A stretch of DNA of 64,000 bases from Squalus acanthias (Eukaryota), in assembly GCA_030390025.1 (NCBI GenBank), contig CM059431.1:104596001-104660000 (forward strand), in the 5' to 3' direction. Below, one piece after another: positions 12,617-25,158 of this stretch (the first letter of the stretch is position 1; every line of letters starts with the position of its first letter). Both the position numbers and the translations under genes were made by a program. The notes beneath the pieces were generated by a model. That model did not search any database and was not told the DNA's origin. It saw nothing but the letters and a program-made list of their open reading frames with translations.

Positions 12617-13282
12617 AACAACAACAACAACAACTTTTCTTTATATAGCACCTTTAACATAGTAAAACATCCCAAGGTGCACAGGAGTATTCTAAGACAA
12701 AAAAAATTGACACCGTACCACATAAGGAGAAAACAGGGCAGGTGACCAAAAGCTTGGTCAAAGAGGTAGGTTTTAAGGAGCATCTTAGAGGAGGAAAGAG
12801 AGGTAGCGAGGCGGAGAGGATTAGGCAGGGAATTCCAGAGCTTAGGGCCCAGGCAACAGAAGGGACGGCCGCCAATGGTGGAGCGATTATAATCAGTGAT
12901 GCTCAAGAGGGTAGAATTAGAGGAGCGCAGATATCTCGGGGGCTGGTTGTGGGGCTGAAGGAGGTTACAGAGATAGGGAGGGGCGAGGCCATGGAGGGAT
13001 TTGAAAACAAGGATGAGAATTTTGAAATCGAGGCGTTGCTTAACCGGGAGCCAGTGTAGGTCAGCGAGCACAGGGGTGATGGGCGAACGGGACTTGGTGC
13101 GAGTTAGGACACGGGCAGCTGAGTTTTGGATGACCTCAAGTTTACATAGGGTGGAATGTGGGAGGCCAGCCAGGAGTGCGTTGGAATAGTCAAGTCCAGA
13201 GGTAACAAAGGCATGGATGAGGGTTTCAGCAGCGGATGAGCTGAGGCAGGGGCGGAGACGGGCGATGTTACGGAGGTGGAAA
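12617..13282 (-). mobile_element. L2 LINE 3' fragment
   Basis: ORF 12586..13071 LADLHWLPVKQRLDFKIL..KLWNSLP..LLKTYLFDQAF; (TTG)n tail. Confidence 0.85.
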
Positions 13283-14339
13283 TTCAGATAGCATCATTTA
13301 TTTTCTTTCCTGCAGGAATATTTTGACCACCGGCACACGCAATTTGGCCACAGTGACTTCTAGTAATAATGGTGAGTACCATTAACATCTGTTCTCCCTG
13401 ACTGGCATGAATTTCTTGCTGCTTACTGATTGGAATGTGTATCTTCAGTGTATTGATCCAATCTGTAGAAATCTCTCGCATCTTGGCTGAACGTTTAAGT
13501 TCTGCATCGCCTCTTCAGTTGTGGTGGATTGGCATTGAACTTTTGAAAAACAAACCTCATCTCTTTTTCTTAATTCGCAATTAGATAAAGTACTGCAGCG
13601 TCCTATAATCAAATATAGCATTCAATCTAAATACGGCTTAGGGCCTGGGACTTTCTTGTGGAAATGAAACTGTCGCATTTATCAGCTGAACTCATTCGGC
13701 AAAACGCATCAATACTAATCTAGAAAGAGAAGGTGTATAACGGCTGCAGGGTATCCCACCTTCCCAGCTTTTCCTTCAACCACAAAAAAAATACAATAGC
13801 ATAAATGCAAACACCCAATGCAATTCCCCAGTGGAAAATGGTTCGTAATTCCTGAATAGCAAAGCCGCATGTCAGAATGCTGCACTTTGTTCTGTGCGCA
13901 TTGAACTGTTCGCTACAAAATATACCAATTAGCCACTGTTTGTCATGGCTTTCACCTCACGAGTGTATCAGGTAACACAATAACAAGTTGGAAAAATGTG
14001 CCAAAAACTTTATTGTTCTCAGCATTATTGCAGCTCTTGAGTTACAAATGTAACTGAATCACGTCACATCTATTTTATTGGAGTGTGTGCCAATTGATTT
14101 TTGCGATGACGGATGGAACTATGGACGCAGATGTAGTCTTTCAGAGTGGTGTAAGCCTGTGTAGCCTCGAGCTGTTAAATAAAGGTGACACTGAAACCTA
14201 GATTTGTCACCTTGGGCCCTGAAATAAAGCAGTTACTTAAAGCTGTAATACCCTCCCTCAACCCATCCCATTTTGCATAGTGCAACACTCAAACCTTTGC
14301 ACCACTTCTACCCCTCCACTGCTGAAACCCTTATCCAAG

Positions 14340-14815
14340 ACCCAAATCCCATTCACCCATCACCCCTGTGCTCGCTGACCTACATTGGCTCCCGGTTAAG
14401 CAACGCCTCGATTTCAAAATTCTCATCCTTGTTTTCAAATCCCTCCATGGCCTCACCCCCTCCTATCTCTGTAATCTCCTTCAGCCCCACAAACCCCCGA
14501 GATATCTGCGCTCCTCTAATTCTGCCCTCTTGGGCATCCTTGATTATAATCGCTCAACCATTGGTGGCCGTGCCTTCTGTTGCCTAGGCCATAAGCTCTG
14601 GAATTCCCTGCCTAAACCTCTCCGCCTCTCTACCTCTCTTTCCTCCTTTAAGATGCTCCTTAAAATCTAGCTCTTTGACCAAGCTTTTGGTCATTTGCCC
14701 TAATTACTCCTTATATGGTTCGGTGTCAATTTTTTTGTCTTATAATACTCCTGTGAAGCGCCTTGGGACGTTTTACTACATTAAAGGCGCTAGATAAATA
14801 CAAGTTGTTGTTGTT
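14340..14815 (+). mobile_element. L2 LINE 3' fragment (followed by older L2 remnants to about 15100)
   Basis: ORF 14368..14670 L2 C-terminus; tail caagttgttgttgtt. Confidence 0.85.
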
Positions 14816-15189
14816 ATCCATGCTTTTGTCACCTCCAGACTAGACTATACAATGCCCTCCCTTTCGCCTCTCATCTTCCACAAACTTAAACTTGTCCAAA
14901 ATGCAGTTACAGATATTCTGTGCCACGCTGAATCCCACTCAGTCATCATTGCTGACTTACAATAGGTCACTATTCTCCAACGCATTTAATTTAAACTCCT
15001 CATCCTCGTTTCCATGGTTTCACCCTGCCCTAATCTCTACAACCACCTCCAGCCTGGTATACTCCTCCTCGGCCCCTCATCTCTCTGACTCACTTTGTGT
15101 ACATCCATCCCTCCCTTTGTTGCCAAAACAGGGGCAGAAGCAACAGCACCTTGCCCTGGTGATTTGATAAACTGAGCTTATACTGCAGT

Positions 15190-15675
15190 ACTGCTCCAAC
15201 AACACTCAAGAAACTCGACACCATCCAGGACAAAGCAGCCCGATTGATTGACACCCCATCCACCACCTTAAACATTCAGTCGCTTCATCACCGGCGCACC
15301 GTGGCTGCAGAGTGTACCATCTACAAGATGCACTGCAGCAATTCGCCAAGGCTTCTTTGGCAGCACCTCCCAAACCCGCGACCTCTACCACCTAGAAGGA
15401 CAAGGGCAGCAGGCGCATGGGAACACCACCACCTCCAAGTTTCAGTGCAAGTCACACACCATCCTGACTTGGAAATGTATCGCCGTTCCTTCATTGTGGC
15501 TGGGTCAAAATCCTGGAACTCCCTCCCTAACAGCACTGTGGGAGCACCTTCACCACACAGACTGCAGCGTTTCAAGAAGGCGGCTCACCACCACCTTCTC
15601 AAGGGCAATTAGGGATTGACAATAAATGCTGGCCTTGCCAGCGACGCCCACATCCCATGAATGAATTTTTTAAAA
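15190..15675 (+). mobile_element. Family X LINE 3' fragment
   Basis: ORF 15244..15612 ends KKAAHHHLLKGN. Confidence 0.8.
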
Positions 15676-16094
15676 GTATGACTCATAGTGTGAGGCCCCA
15701 GGCTCGAAGCTGTAACAGAGGAACAATACTTGCACACATTCGAGACAAGCTAACAGGCTAAGAAACCAGTTTCCATTCAGTTTTAGCTGAACCAGCTAAA
15801 CTCACACCAAACTATGCTTGTTTACTACATCTCTACAGAATCCATCCCCATTGCCAACATAACTTATAAACTCTTTCAAAAGACGACAGTCGCTATAGCT
15901 AAGAAACACAATCTTAAAACTGTAGACCTGCAGATCCCCAAACACCAAACTGAAACTAGCATACACAAACGGTAGACATTCAAATCTGTCCCAAACATGA
16001 CTTTCTACTGTGGACTCCTCCGGTGATCGCTTTTGTCAGGGTCTGGGCTACAGATTCCCTTGACAGCTATTTCAAGTTTGTACATTGATGTTTT

Positions 16095-16544
16095 TTTTAA
16101 ATGAATATTGAACAATTTATTTACAGTTAATGACATTACAGAGCCCAGGTCTCAGCTCTTTGTACAAAGTCACAAGCCATCATTCCCTACAAGGCAGGGG
16201 TCTCTCACACAATTATATAAACACGAGTACGAAACACAATAGGCTTGATCCCAGTAGTCACTTTAATCGCTCTCTCCCAGAGTGAGTTTGTCAAACAGGT
16301 ACTCTCCCATGCCATTCTCAGGGGCTCCCAGTCTCTTCAAGTTGGTGATGTGATCTCCAAGCTTCTTGATCATCTTCACTTGTTCATCCAAATAGTGGTT
16401 CCCCAGGAAGTCACACAAATGAGGGTCGGTGCTCCCAGTGGAGAGTTTGTGCAGATCCAGCAGACTCTGGTTGACATTCTTCTCCATCTGCAGAACTCTC
16501 TGCATCGCCTCCGGACCATTGCTCCACTCATCCTGCTCTGGTTT
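16095..16544 (-). pseudogene. 5'-truncated processed pseudogene of ferritin (heavy/middle-type subunit)
   Basis: 16544-16263 encodes [93 protein letters not shown]; no intron at DPH|LCDF; AATAAA at 16121-16116; short poly(A); 10-bp TSD ttgatgtttt (16085-16094/16543-16552). Confidence 0.92.
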
Positions 16545-17007
16545 GATGTTTTGGACTTTCCCTGTCAGATACACTATGCTCAGGTGGTGCTAATGTCTGC
16601 CTTGGTGACCACTCCAGACCCAACTGAAACACACTCCGTGCATGACATGTTTTCTTCCGGCAGGATTACACCGTCAATGTAATCAGGCGAGCCAAGTAGC
16701 AGAAAGCAAAAAGGATTTTTAAAAGGCCCGCAATTGGGTTTCTTTCCTGGCGTAAAATAATAGTAGCAAACATAATTTTCTGTTTCTTCATTCCTAATGG
16801 ACTATTTTGGCCACGATTATCCGGGAAGCATCATGAAAATAAGGGGTGTTTTTTGTTTTTACCCCCGCTGGGTGTACGAATAGATGCTGGCACATTCACA
16901 CTTGAATGTTTGGCTAGAGATTGTACACATGTTGTCTACATGTACAGACATTGTCTGCAGTCAGGTTTAAGTATTGATGGGCGAAGCAAATTTTCAATTT
17001 TAAATAA

Positions 17008-17610
17008 AGAAAAGAAAGAACTTGCATTTATATAGCGCCTTTCACAACCTCAGAGCGCTTTACAGCCAATGAAGTACTTTTTGAAGTGGAGTCACTGTTG
17101 TAATGTAGGAAACACGGCAGCAAATTTGCACACAGCAAGCTCCCACAAACAGCAAAGTGATAATGACCAGGTAATGGTTTTTTTAGTGCTGTTTGTTGAG
17201 GGATAAATATTGGCCAGGATGCCCCTGCTGTTTGTGGGAGCTTGCTGTGCGCAAATTCGCTGCCGCATTTCCTACATTACAAGTGACTCCACTTCAAAAA
17301 TACTTCATTGGCTGGAAAGCGCTTTGAGACGTCCGGTGGTTGTGAAAGACGTTGTATAAATGCAAGTCTTTCAAGTCTTTCTTGCTCTTCTTCTAAATAG
17401 CGACATGGGATCTTAAATGTCCACCTGAGAGGGCAGACGGGGCCTCGATTTAACATCTCATCCGAAAGACAGCAACTCTGACAGTGCAGCACTCCCTCAG
17501 GACTGTACTGGAGTGTCAGCCGAGAGCTGTGCTTAAGTCTCTGGAGTGGGGCTCGAACCCATGACCTACTGACTCAATGGCAAGAGTGCTACCCACTGAG
17601 TCACCACTGA
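17008..17610 (-). mobile_element. DeuSINE with an inverted 3' fragment of the same SINE inserted (about 17226-17380)
   Basis: Minus-strand head at 17545-17610 and tail at 17008-17220; the middle segment is plus-strand SINE 3' sequence. Confidence 0.75.
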
Positions 17611-18972
17611 GAAATGTGCAGTGGGGAAGATTTTCTCTCCCTGTTTATGGAACTTCCCCCGATTGACTGACCTTTTTTCAATGGGAATTTCATGCTTCTA
17701 AGTTAGACCGACAATAAGAAAGACAAAAAGCAAGCCTGTGATCTACAAGTTGTGATTTCCAGAATAGGATCATGACTTGTTAATATGCGCTGCATGGCCA
17801 AATTAATTTGAAAAAAAACAGTTTTACCAATATTATGCTGCCAAAATCACGAGATTGTTAGATTACAGACTGTAAGCTTCATGACATCATTACGTAGTGC
17901 CACATGGAATGAAGAGTAGTTTTGCAAAAAAAAAGGATAATTTCTACAGAACAGAGTATTAGTTAATCATAGAATCGTAGAATGGTTACAGCACAGAAGG
18001 AGGCCATTCGGCCCATCAAGCCCGTGCCGGCTCTCTGCAAGAGCACTTCCAGCTAGTCCCACTCCCCCGCCCTTTCCCCATGCTACCTAAATATCTAAAC
18101 ATGAAAGCAGATGTGATGCACTTGAAAACAGAAACCTTTGTGTTTCCTTTGTGTTCATGTTATCAGATTTATTTATTCAGGTTTATTTATGATATTTATA
18201 AGCGTATTTAATTACTCCGTTTACACAGGAAATTGAATTCAGGCCAAATTTATTGATCCAGGCAGAACTTGATTGTTTACGCAACATCTTGTCCCTAAAG
18301 TCACGCTTGTCTTGGGTTATTTAAAATTAACTTGAGCTCTACACGGTGCTTGGGAGGGCTGAAGTAGTGGCGGATAATCCAGCGAGATTTGGATCACAAC
18401 TTGTTGAGTCTTTTCGATTACAGCTGGCTTAAAAGCGACAAGTACAAGGCCTTCATTTTAATACTAATTAAAAACCGAGCAAATTCATTTGCACCATTTA
18501 TGGACTGAACTTCACTTCGGAAGTTTAAATTTAGTATTGCACCAAATTAGCAGCTCCTGTGTTAACAGGACGACACTAATTCCAATTTTCTTTTCTTTTG
18601 AAGTACTTCACAAACCCTCAGGAATGTGACATGGCACTTTGAAATAACATGATTGAAGTCGGATTTTGTTTGCTTTGGAATTACATTTTAAACTTCATGC
18701 TACAGTTATAGAATTGTGAAATAGGAAGGATTGTGGCAGATAAGCAAACTATTTGATTAAATCGATTGTTACTGAAGAACGCCTGACAATCTGCTTTAAG
18801 AACATAAGAACATAAGAAATAAGAGCAGGAGTAGGCCATACGTCCAAATATACTACATTCACTGGTTCCCCTTTATCTACCCTGCTAGTTACATCCTCAA
18901 AAAACTCTAATAAATTTGTCAAACACAATTTCCCTTTCATAAAACCATGTTGACTCTGCCTAATCATGTTAT

Positions 18973-19177
18973 AAAAGTGAGAAGTTGCACAACACCAGGT
19001 TATAGTCCAACAGCTTTATTTGAAATCACAAGCTTTCGGAGCGCTGCTCCTTCGTCAGGTGAAGGAGCAGCGCTCCGAAAGCTTGTGATTTCAAATAAAG
19101 CTGTTGGACTATAACCTGGTGTTGTGCGACTTCTCACTTTTGTCCACCCCAGTCCAACACCGGCATCTCCGCATCAT
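18973..19177. repeat. PLE pseudo-LTR-derived inverted repeat (arms 18973-19053 and 19061-19141, 7-nt loop) plus unpaired PLE tail
   Basis: 81-bp arms with 80/81 identity read directly; followed by gtccaccccagtccaacaccggcatctccgcatcat. Confidence 0.85.
19026..19062 (-). ncRNA. Minimal type I hammerhead ribozyme motif
   Basis: Minus strand reads UCAC-CUGACGA-A-GGAGC-agc-GCUCC-GAAAG-CUU-GUGA: intact core, stem I UCAC/GUGA, palindromic stem III AAGCUU. Confidence 0.7.
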
Positions 19178-21668
19178 AATTTAACTTACATATAGATTGG
19201 ACTAGCCTAATCAGTAAAAATAATGAGGAGGAGGAATTCCTTGAGTGTTTAAGGGATGGTTATCTGGATCAATATGTCGAGGAACCAACTCGGGAACAGG
19301 TTATATTGGACTGGGTACTGTGCAATGAGAAGGGACTAATTAGTAATCTTGTTGTACGGGGACCCTTGGGTCAGAGCGATCATAACATGATCGATTTCTC
19401 ACTCGAAATGGAGAGCGAAGAAATTGACTCAGAGACTAAGGTCCTGAATTTAAACAAGGGGAATTATGATGCCATTAGACGGGAACTGAGTAGGTCTGAT
19501 TGGACAACGTTCCTGGGAGGACTGGAGGTAGATAAACAATGGCAAGCATTTAAAGATAGAATGACAAAATTGCAAAAATTGTTTATACCAATCTGGCATA
19601 AAAGGAAATCTAAAAAGGTGACTCAACCGTGGATAACAGGGGAAATTAGAGACAGCATAAAATCCAAAGATAGGGCGTATAAAATAGCCAAAAAAAGCGC
19701 CAGAGCGGAAGATTGGGAACAGTTTAAGATAGAGCAAAGGAGGACAAAGGGCTTAATCAAGAGGGGCAAAATAGCTTATGAAAGCAAGCTGGCGGAAAAT
19801 ATAAAAACTAACTCCAAAAGCTTTTATAAGTATATCAAGAGGAAAAGGCTGGTGAAAACCAAAGTTGGTCCATTGCAGTCAGATACGGGGGAATATATAA
19901 CGGGAAATAAGGAAATGGCAGACCAACTAAATGCATACTTTGGGTCAGTCTTTACGAAGGAAGACACAAAAAACCTCCCTGGGATATCGGGAAAAATAGG
20001 GACATTGGCAAAGGAGGAACTGACGCAAATCAATATCTCTAAGGATATGGTGTTAAGGAAGCTAAAGGGATTGAAGGCGGACAAATCCCCAGGGCCTGAT
20101 AACATGCATCCTAGGGTACTGAAGGAGGTGGCCCTAGAGATAGCGGATGCACTAAGTATGATTTTTCAGAATTCATTAGACTCGGGAACAGTGCCCATGG
20201 ATTGGAGGGTAGCTAACGTTACCCCAATATTCAAAAAGGGGGGTAGGGAAAAAGCAGGTAATTACAGACCTGTAAGCCTTACATCAGTTGTGGGCAAAAT
20301 GCTGGAGTCCATCATTAAGGATGAAATAGCGGAGCACTTAGCAAATGGGGACAGGATAGGACAGAGTCAACATGGATTTACAAAGGGTAAATCGTGCTTG
20401 ACTAATCTATTGGAATTTTTTGAGGGAGTAACTGGTAAAATAGATGGGGGAGAGCCAGTAGATGTGGTGTACCTGGACTTCCAAAAGGCCTTCGATAAGG
20501 TCCCACATAAAAGATTAGCATGGAAAATTGAAGCTCATGGGAAAAAGGGGAAAGTATTGCTGTGGATAGAGAACTGGCTGTCAGATAGAAAACAGAGAGT
20601 TGGAATAAACGGCTCATTTTCTGAATGGCAGGCAGTAACAAGTGGGGTACCACAGGGATCTGTCCTGGGTCCCCAGCTGTTCACAATTTACATTAATGAC
20701 CTGGATCAGGGAGTCGGATGCAGCATTTCCAAATTTGCAGACGACACTAAACTAGGAGGGGGGGTGGGCTCAGAGGAGGAGACCAGGAAGCTCCAGAGCG
20801 ATTTGGACAGACTGGGTGATTGGGCGGATAAATGGCAGATGCACTATAATGTGGACAAGTGCGAAGTTATCCACCTTGGGTGCAGGAACGGGAGGGCAAA
20901 TTATTATTTAAATGGCAATAAATTGGGAGAGGGGGAAGTACAGAGAGACCTGGGTGTTCTTGTACACCAGTCACTGAAGGCGAGCATGCAGGTGCAACAG
21001 GCGGTCAAGAAGGCAAACGGTATGCTGGCCTTCATAGCAAAAGGGTTGGAATACAGGAACAGGGATACCTTGCTGCAGCTGTACAGGGCACTGGTGAGAC
21101 CACACCTCGAGTAATGTGTACAGTTTTGGTCGCCTCATCTGAGGAAAGATGTTCTTGCCATGGAGGGGGTGCAGCGGCGATTCACCAGGCTGATACCAGG
21201 AATGGCGGGATTGACCTATGAGGAGAGACTATGTAGTTTAGGGATGTACACACTGGAGTTTAGAAGTTTGAGAGGGGACCTCATAGAAGTGTATAAAATT
21301 CTGACAGGTCTAGACAGACTAGATGCAGAAGGAATGTTTCCCTTGGCGGGTGAGAACAGAACTAGAGGACATAATTTAAGGATAAGGGCTAAACCATTTA
21401 GGACAGAAATGAGGGGGAATTTCTTCACTCAGAGGGTGGTGAACCTGTGGAACTCATTGCCACAGAGGGCAGTGTACGCCAGCTCATTAAATATATTTAA
21501 GAGGGAATTAGATATATTTCTACAGGCAAAAGGGGTTAAGGGTTACGGAGAGAAGGCGGGGACGGGATACTGAATTGGAGGATCAGCCATGATCTCATTA
21601 AATGGCGGAGCAGGCTCGAAGGGCCGGATGGCCTACTCCTGCTCCTATCTTCTATGTAATCTATGTAA
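19178..21668 (+). mobile_element. CR1 LINE, 5'-truncated; ORF2 (end of APE endonuclease + RT) nearly intact
   Basis: One frame 19180-21573 (FNLHIDW..SDHN..YRPVSLTS..LDFQKAFDKV..GVPQGSVLGP..KFADDTKL..WNSLP) with a single TAA at 21112-21114; tail (ctatgtaat)2. Confidence 0.95.
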
Positions 21669-22617
21669 TAATCATGTTATGATTTTCTAAGTGCCGTGAT
21701 ACCACTTTCTTAACAGTGGATTCCAGCATTTTCCCGACGACTGATGTCAGGCTAACTGGCCTGTAGTTCCCTGTTTTTTCTCTCCCTCCTTTCTTGAATA
21801 GCGGTGTTATATTTGCGACCTTCCAATCCGCTGGGACCATTCTAGAATCTAAGGAATTTTGGAAGATCAAAACCAATGCATCCACTATCTCTGCAGCCAC
21901 CTCTTTTGGAACCCTAGAACTTTGTTTGGTAGAGCCTCCTCACTTCATGCAGGTTCGACATACTTGAGTAATCTCGCACAAAGACAATATAGAGAAAACC
22001 ATCAGTACATATAAAATAAAGTCCAGAAGTTTTAAAAAGAAGTGCCTTGATAGATTTAAAAAATTAGAATTACTAGGAATATGTAATCCCATAGGATTAA
22101 CTGCATAATCCTACATTACAACAGTGACTACACGTCAAAAATACTTCATTGGCTGTAAAGCGCTTTGGGACATCCTGAGGTCGTGAAAGGCGCTGGAGAA
22201 ATGCAAGACTTTCTTTAGTGGCAAGCACCATGCTTAAATCTGCACTGATTAATATTGGCCAATTTATGGTATTTTATCAAAAATACTTTGTAAATCTTGC
22301 AAGTGACAGATGAATTATATTCTCTGCATGTTTAACATGCTTAATGAACTCCTTAGGGTGCATGGTTATCACTAGCGCAGTGAACTTTATTTTTATTCTT
22401 ATGAGCAGTTTCAAGGATCCTCTGAAGGATGCTTCTTGTTTTTGGCGAAATTCAGCAAACCTGACCTATGAGACTGTAGTGAGGGCCTGGAGCTGAAATA
22501 TGGGCTGGACAATGACAGCTGTAATCCACTGCTGAGGGATGTGAAACAGAGTAATTTAAATGTATTGGTTTGATTAATTAGGGATTATCACCCTTGGCAA
22601 AACTGTCATCCGCAGTA

Positions 22618-24915
22618 TTACATAGAATTACATAGATTATACAGCACAGAAACAGGTAATTTGGCCCAACCAGTCCATGCCAGCGTTTATGCTCCGCTCG
22701 AGCCTCCTCCCGTCTTTCCTCATCTAACCCAGTCAGCATAACTCTCTGTTCCCCTCTCCCTCATGTGCTTATCTGGCCTCCAGTTAAATGCATCTATACT
22801 ATTTACACTTCCAAAAGGTGTTTGATAAAGTGCCACATAATAGGCTGGCCAGCAAAGTTGAAGCCCATGGAATAAAAGGGACAGCATGGATACGAAATTG
22901 GCTAAGTGACAGGAAACAGAGAGTAGTGGTGAACGGTTGTTTTTCGGACAGGAGGAAGGTATACAGTGGTGTTCCCCAGGGGTCGGTACTAGGACCACTG
23001 CTTTTCTTGATATATATCAATGACTTGGACGTGGGTGTACAGGGCCCAATTTCAAAATTTACAGATGAGACAAAACTTCGAAGTATAGTGAACAGTGAGG
23101 AGGATAGGGATAGACTTCAAGACGACATAGACAGGCTGGTGAAATGGGCGGACATGTGGCAGATGAAATTTAACACAGAAAAGTGTGAAGTGATACATTT
23201 TGGTAGAAAAATTAGGAGAGGCAATATAAACTAAAGGGTACAATTCTAAAGGGGGTGCATGAACAGAGAGACCTGGGGGTATATGTGCACAAATCGTTGA
23301 AGGTGGCAGGGCAGGTTGAGAAAGCGGTTAAAAAAGCATGTGGGATCCTGGGCTTCATAAATAGAGGCATAGAGTACAAAAGCAAGGAAGTTATGATGAA
23401 CCTTTATAAAACACTGGTTTGGCCCCAGCTGGAGTATTGAGTCCAATTCTGGGCACTGCACTTTAGGAAGGATGTGAAGGCCTTAGAGAAGGTGCAGAAC
23501 AGATTTACAAGTTGGTTCCAGGGATGAGGGACTTCAGTTACGTGGATAGATTGGAGAAGCGGGGGTTGTTCTCCTTAGAGCAGAGAAGGTTGAGAGGAGA
23601 TTTGATAAACGTGTTCAAAATCATGAGGGGTCTAGACAGAGTAGATAGAGAGAAACTGTTCCCATTGGCAGAAGGGTCGAGAACCAGAGGACACAGATTT
23701 AAGGTGATTGGCAGAAGATCCAAAGGTGACATAAGAAAAACTTTTTATGCAGCGAGTGGTTAGGATCTGGAATGCATTGCCTGAAAGGGTGGTGGAGGCA
23801 GATTCAATCGTGGCTTTCAAAAGGGAGTTGGATAAGTACCTGAAGGAAAAAAAATTGCAGGGCTATGGGGAAAAGATGGGGGAGTGGGACTAGCTGAAGT
23901 GCTCTTGCAGAGAGCCAGCACGGGCTCGACGGGCCGAATGGCCTCCAACTGTGCTATCTTATATCGATGGCCTTTAGTTTTGGTCTTTCCCACAAATGGA
24001 AACACTCTCTCTGTATCTACTCTATCACAACCTTTCATAATTTTAAAGACTTCTATTAGGTCACCCCTCAGCCTTCTCTTTTCAAGAGAAAAGAGACCCA
24101 GCCTGTATGATTACCTCCAGCCTTCTTTTTCTTTCTGCATAAATAGAAGATAAAATATGGAGGCCACATACTCCTTTGAAAATACGCGTCTAAATGGGGC
24201 AGAGGAGTAAAGGGATCTGGGGGTACACAAATCACTAAAAGTAGCAGGTTAATAAGGCCATAACAAAGCAAATAAAGCACCAGCGTTCATTTCTAGAGGG
24301 ATAGAATTGAAAAGCAGAGAAGTTATGTTAAACGGTTATCGAACCTTGGTTAGACCACACTTGGAGCACTGTGCACAGTTCTGGCCCCCATATTATAAAA
24401 CGGATATAGAGGCACTGGAGAAGGTACAAAAATGATGTACTAGAATGATACCAGAACTGAGAGGTTAAACTTATCAGGAAAGATTGAACAGGCTGGGGCT
24501 CTTTTCTCTAGAAAAGAGAAGACTGAGGGGTGACCTGATAGAGGTCTTTAAGATTATGAAAGGTTTCGATAGGGTAGACGTAGAGAAGATGTTTCCACTT
24601 GTGGGGGAGACCAAAACTAAGGGCCATAAATATAAGATAGTCACTAATAAATCCAACAGGGAATTCAGGAGAAACTTCTTTACCCAGAGAGTGGTGAGAA
24701 TGTGGAACTCACTACCACAAGGATTAGTTGAGGCGAATAGTATAGATGCTTTTAAGAGGAAGCTAGATAAATACATGAGGGAGAAATGAATAGAAGGATA
24801 TGTTGATGGTGTGAGATGAAGAGGGGTGGGAGGAGGCTTATGTGGAGCATAAACACTGGCATGGATGTGTTGGACCGAATCGCCTGTTTCTGTGCTGTAA
24901 ATACTATTTAGCTAT
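22618..24915. mobile_element. Cluster of CR1 fragments: minus 22618-22803 and 23955-24105, plus 22805-23955 and 24140-24915
   Basis: ORFs 22788..23234, 23255..23440, 23512..23763, 24484..24789 are frameshifted CR1 RT/C-terminal pieces; the minus pieces match 2191-2675. Confidence 0.85.
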
Positions 24916-25158
24916 GTAATACCTCAGGGACATCTTCTTGGAGAACTATTTGCTCCAATATTACCTGTGCATTATTTATAACATTCAAGGCAATCTGTTC
25001 TAACTGGACTAAAAAAGGCAAACAAAAACTCTTTTCAAACACTTTGGTCCTTATTTAAAAAATCCACAACTGAAGTAACTAATATCCCAATGTACTTCTG
25101 CTTAAAAAATGTGTTTAGAACGTAAATGTTTAAATAAAGATGAACATTTAAGGTCTAA

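Larger units (their letters stand above)
18799..21918 (-). mobile_element. Older CR1 fragment (RT N-terminal part joined to 3' tail), split by the 18973-21668 insertion
   Basis: ORF 21661..21900 (..GNYRPVSLTSVVGKMLES..ENHNMI) continues in ORF 18749..18967 ([29 protein letters not shown]); TSD taatcatgttat at the break. Confidence 0.8.

Noticed and set aside
13316..13371. Plus-strand 56-nt exon-like segment (ttttctttcctgcag|...|gtgagt)
   Set aside because: Good splice signals, but the only open frame (NILTTGTRNLATVTSSNN) is unrecognisable and has no partner exons; unsupported without RNA data.
16245..16682. 145-aa plus-strand ORF, or a functional ferritin gene
   Set aside because: The ORF is the antisense shadow of the ferritin retrocopy. 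The copy lacks the N-terminal half and introns and has a TSD and poly(A).
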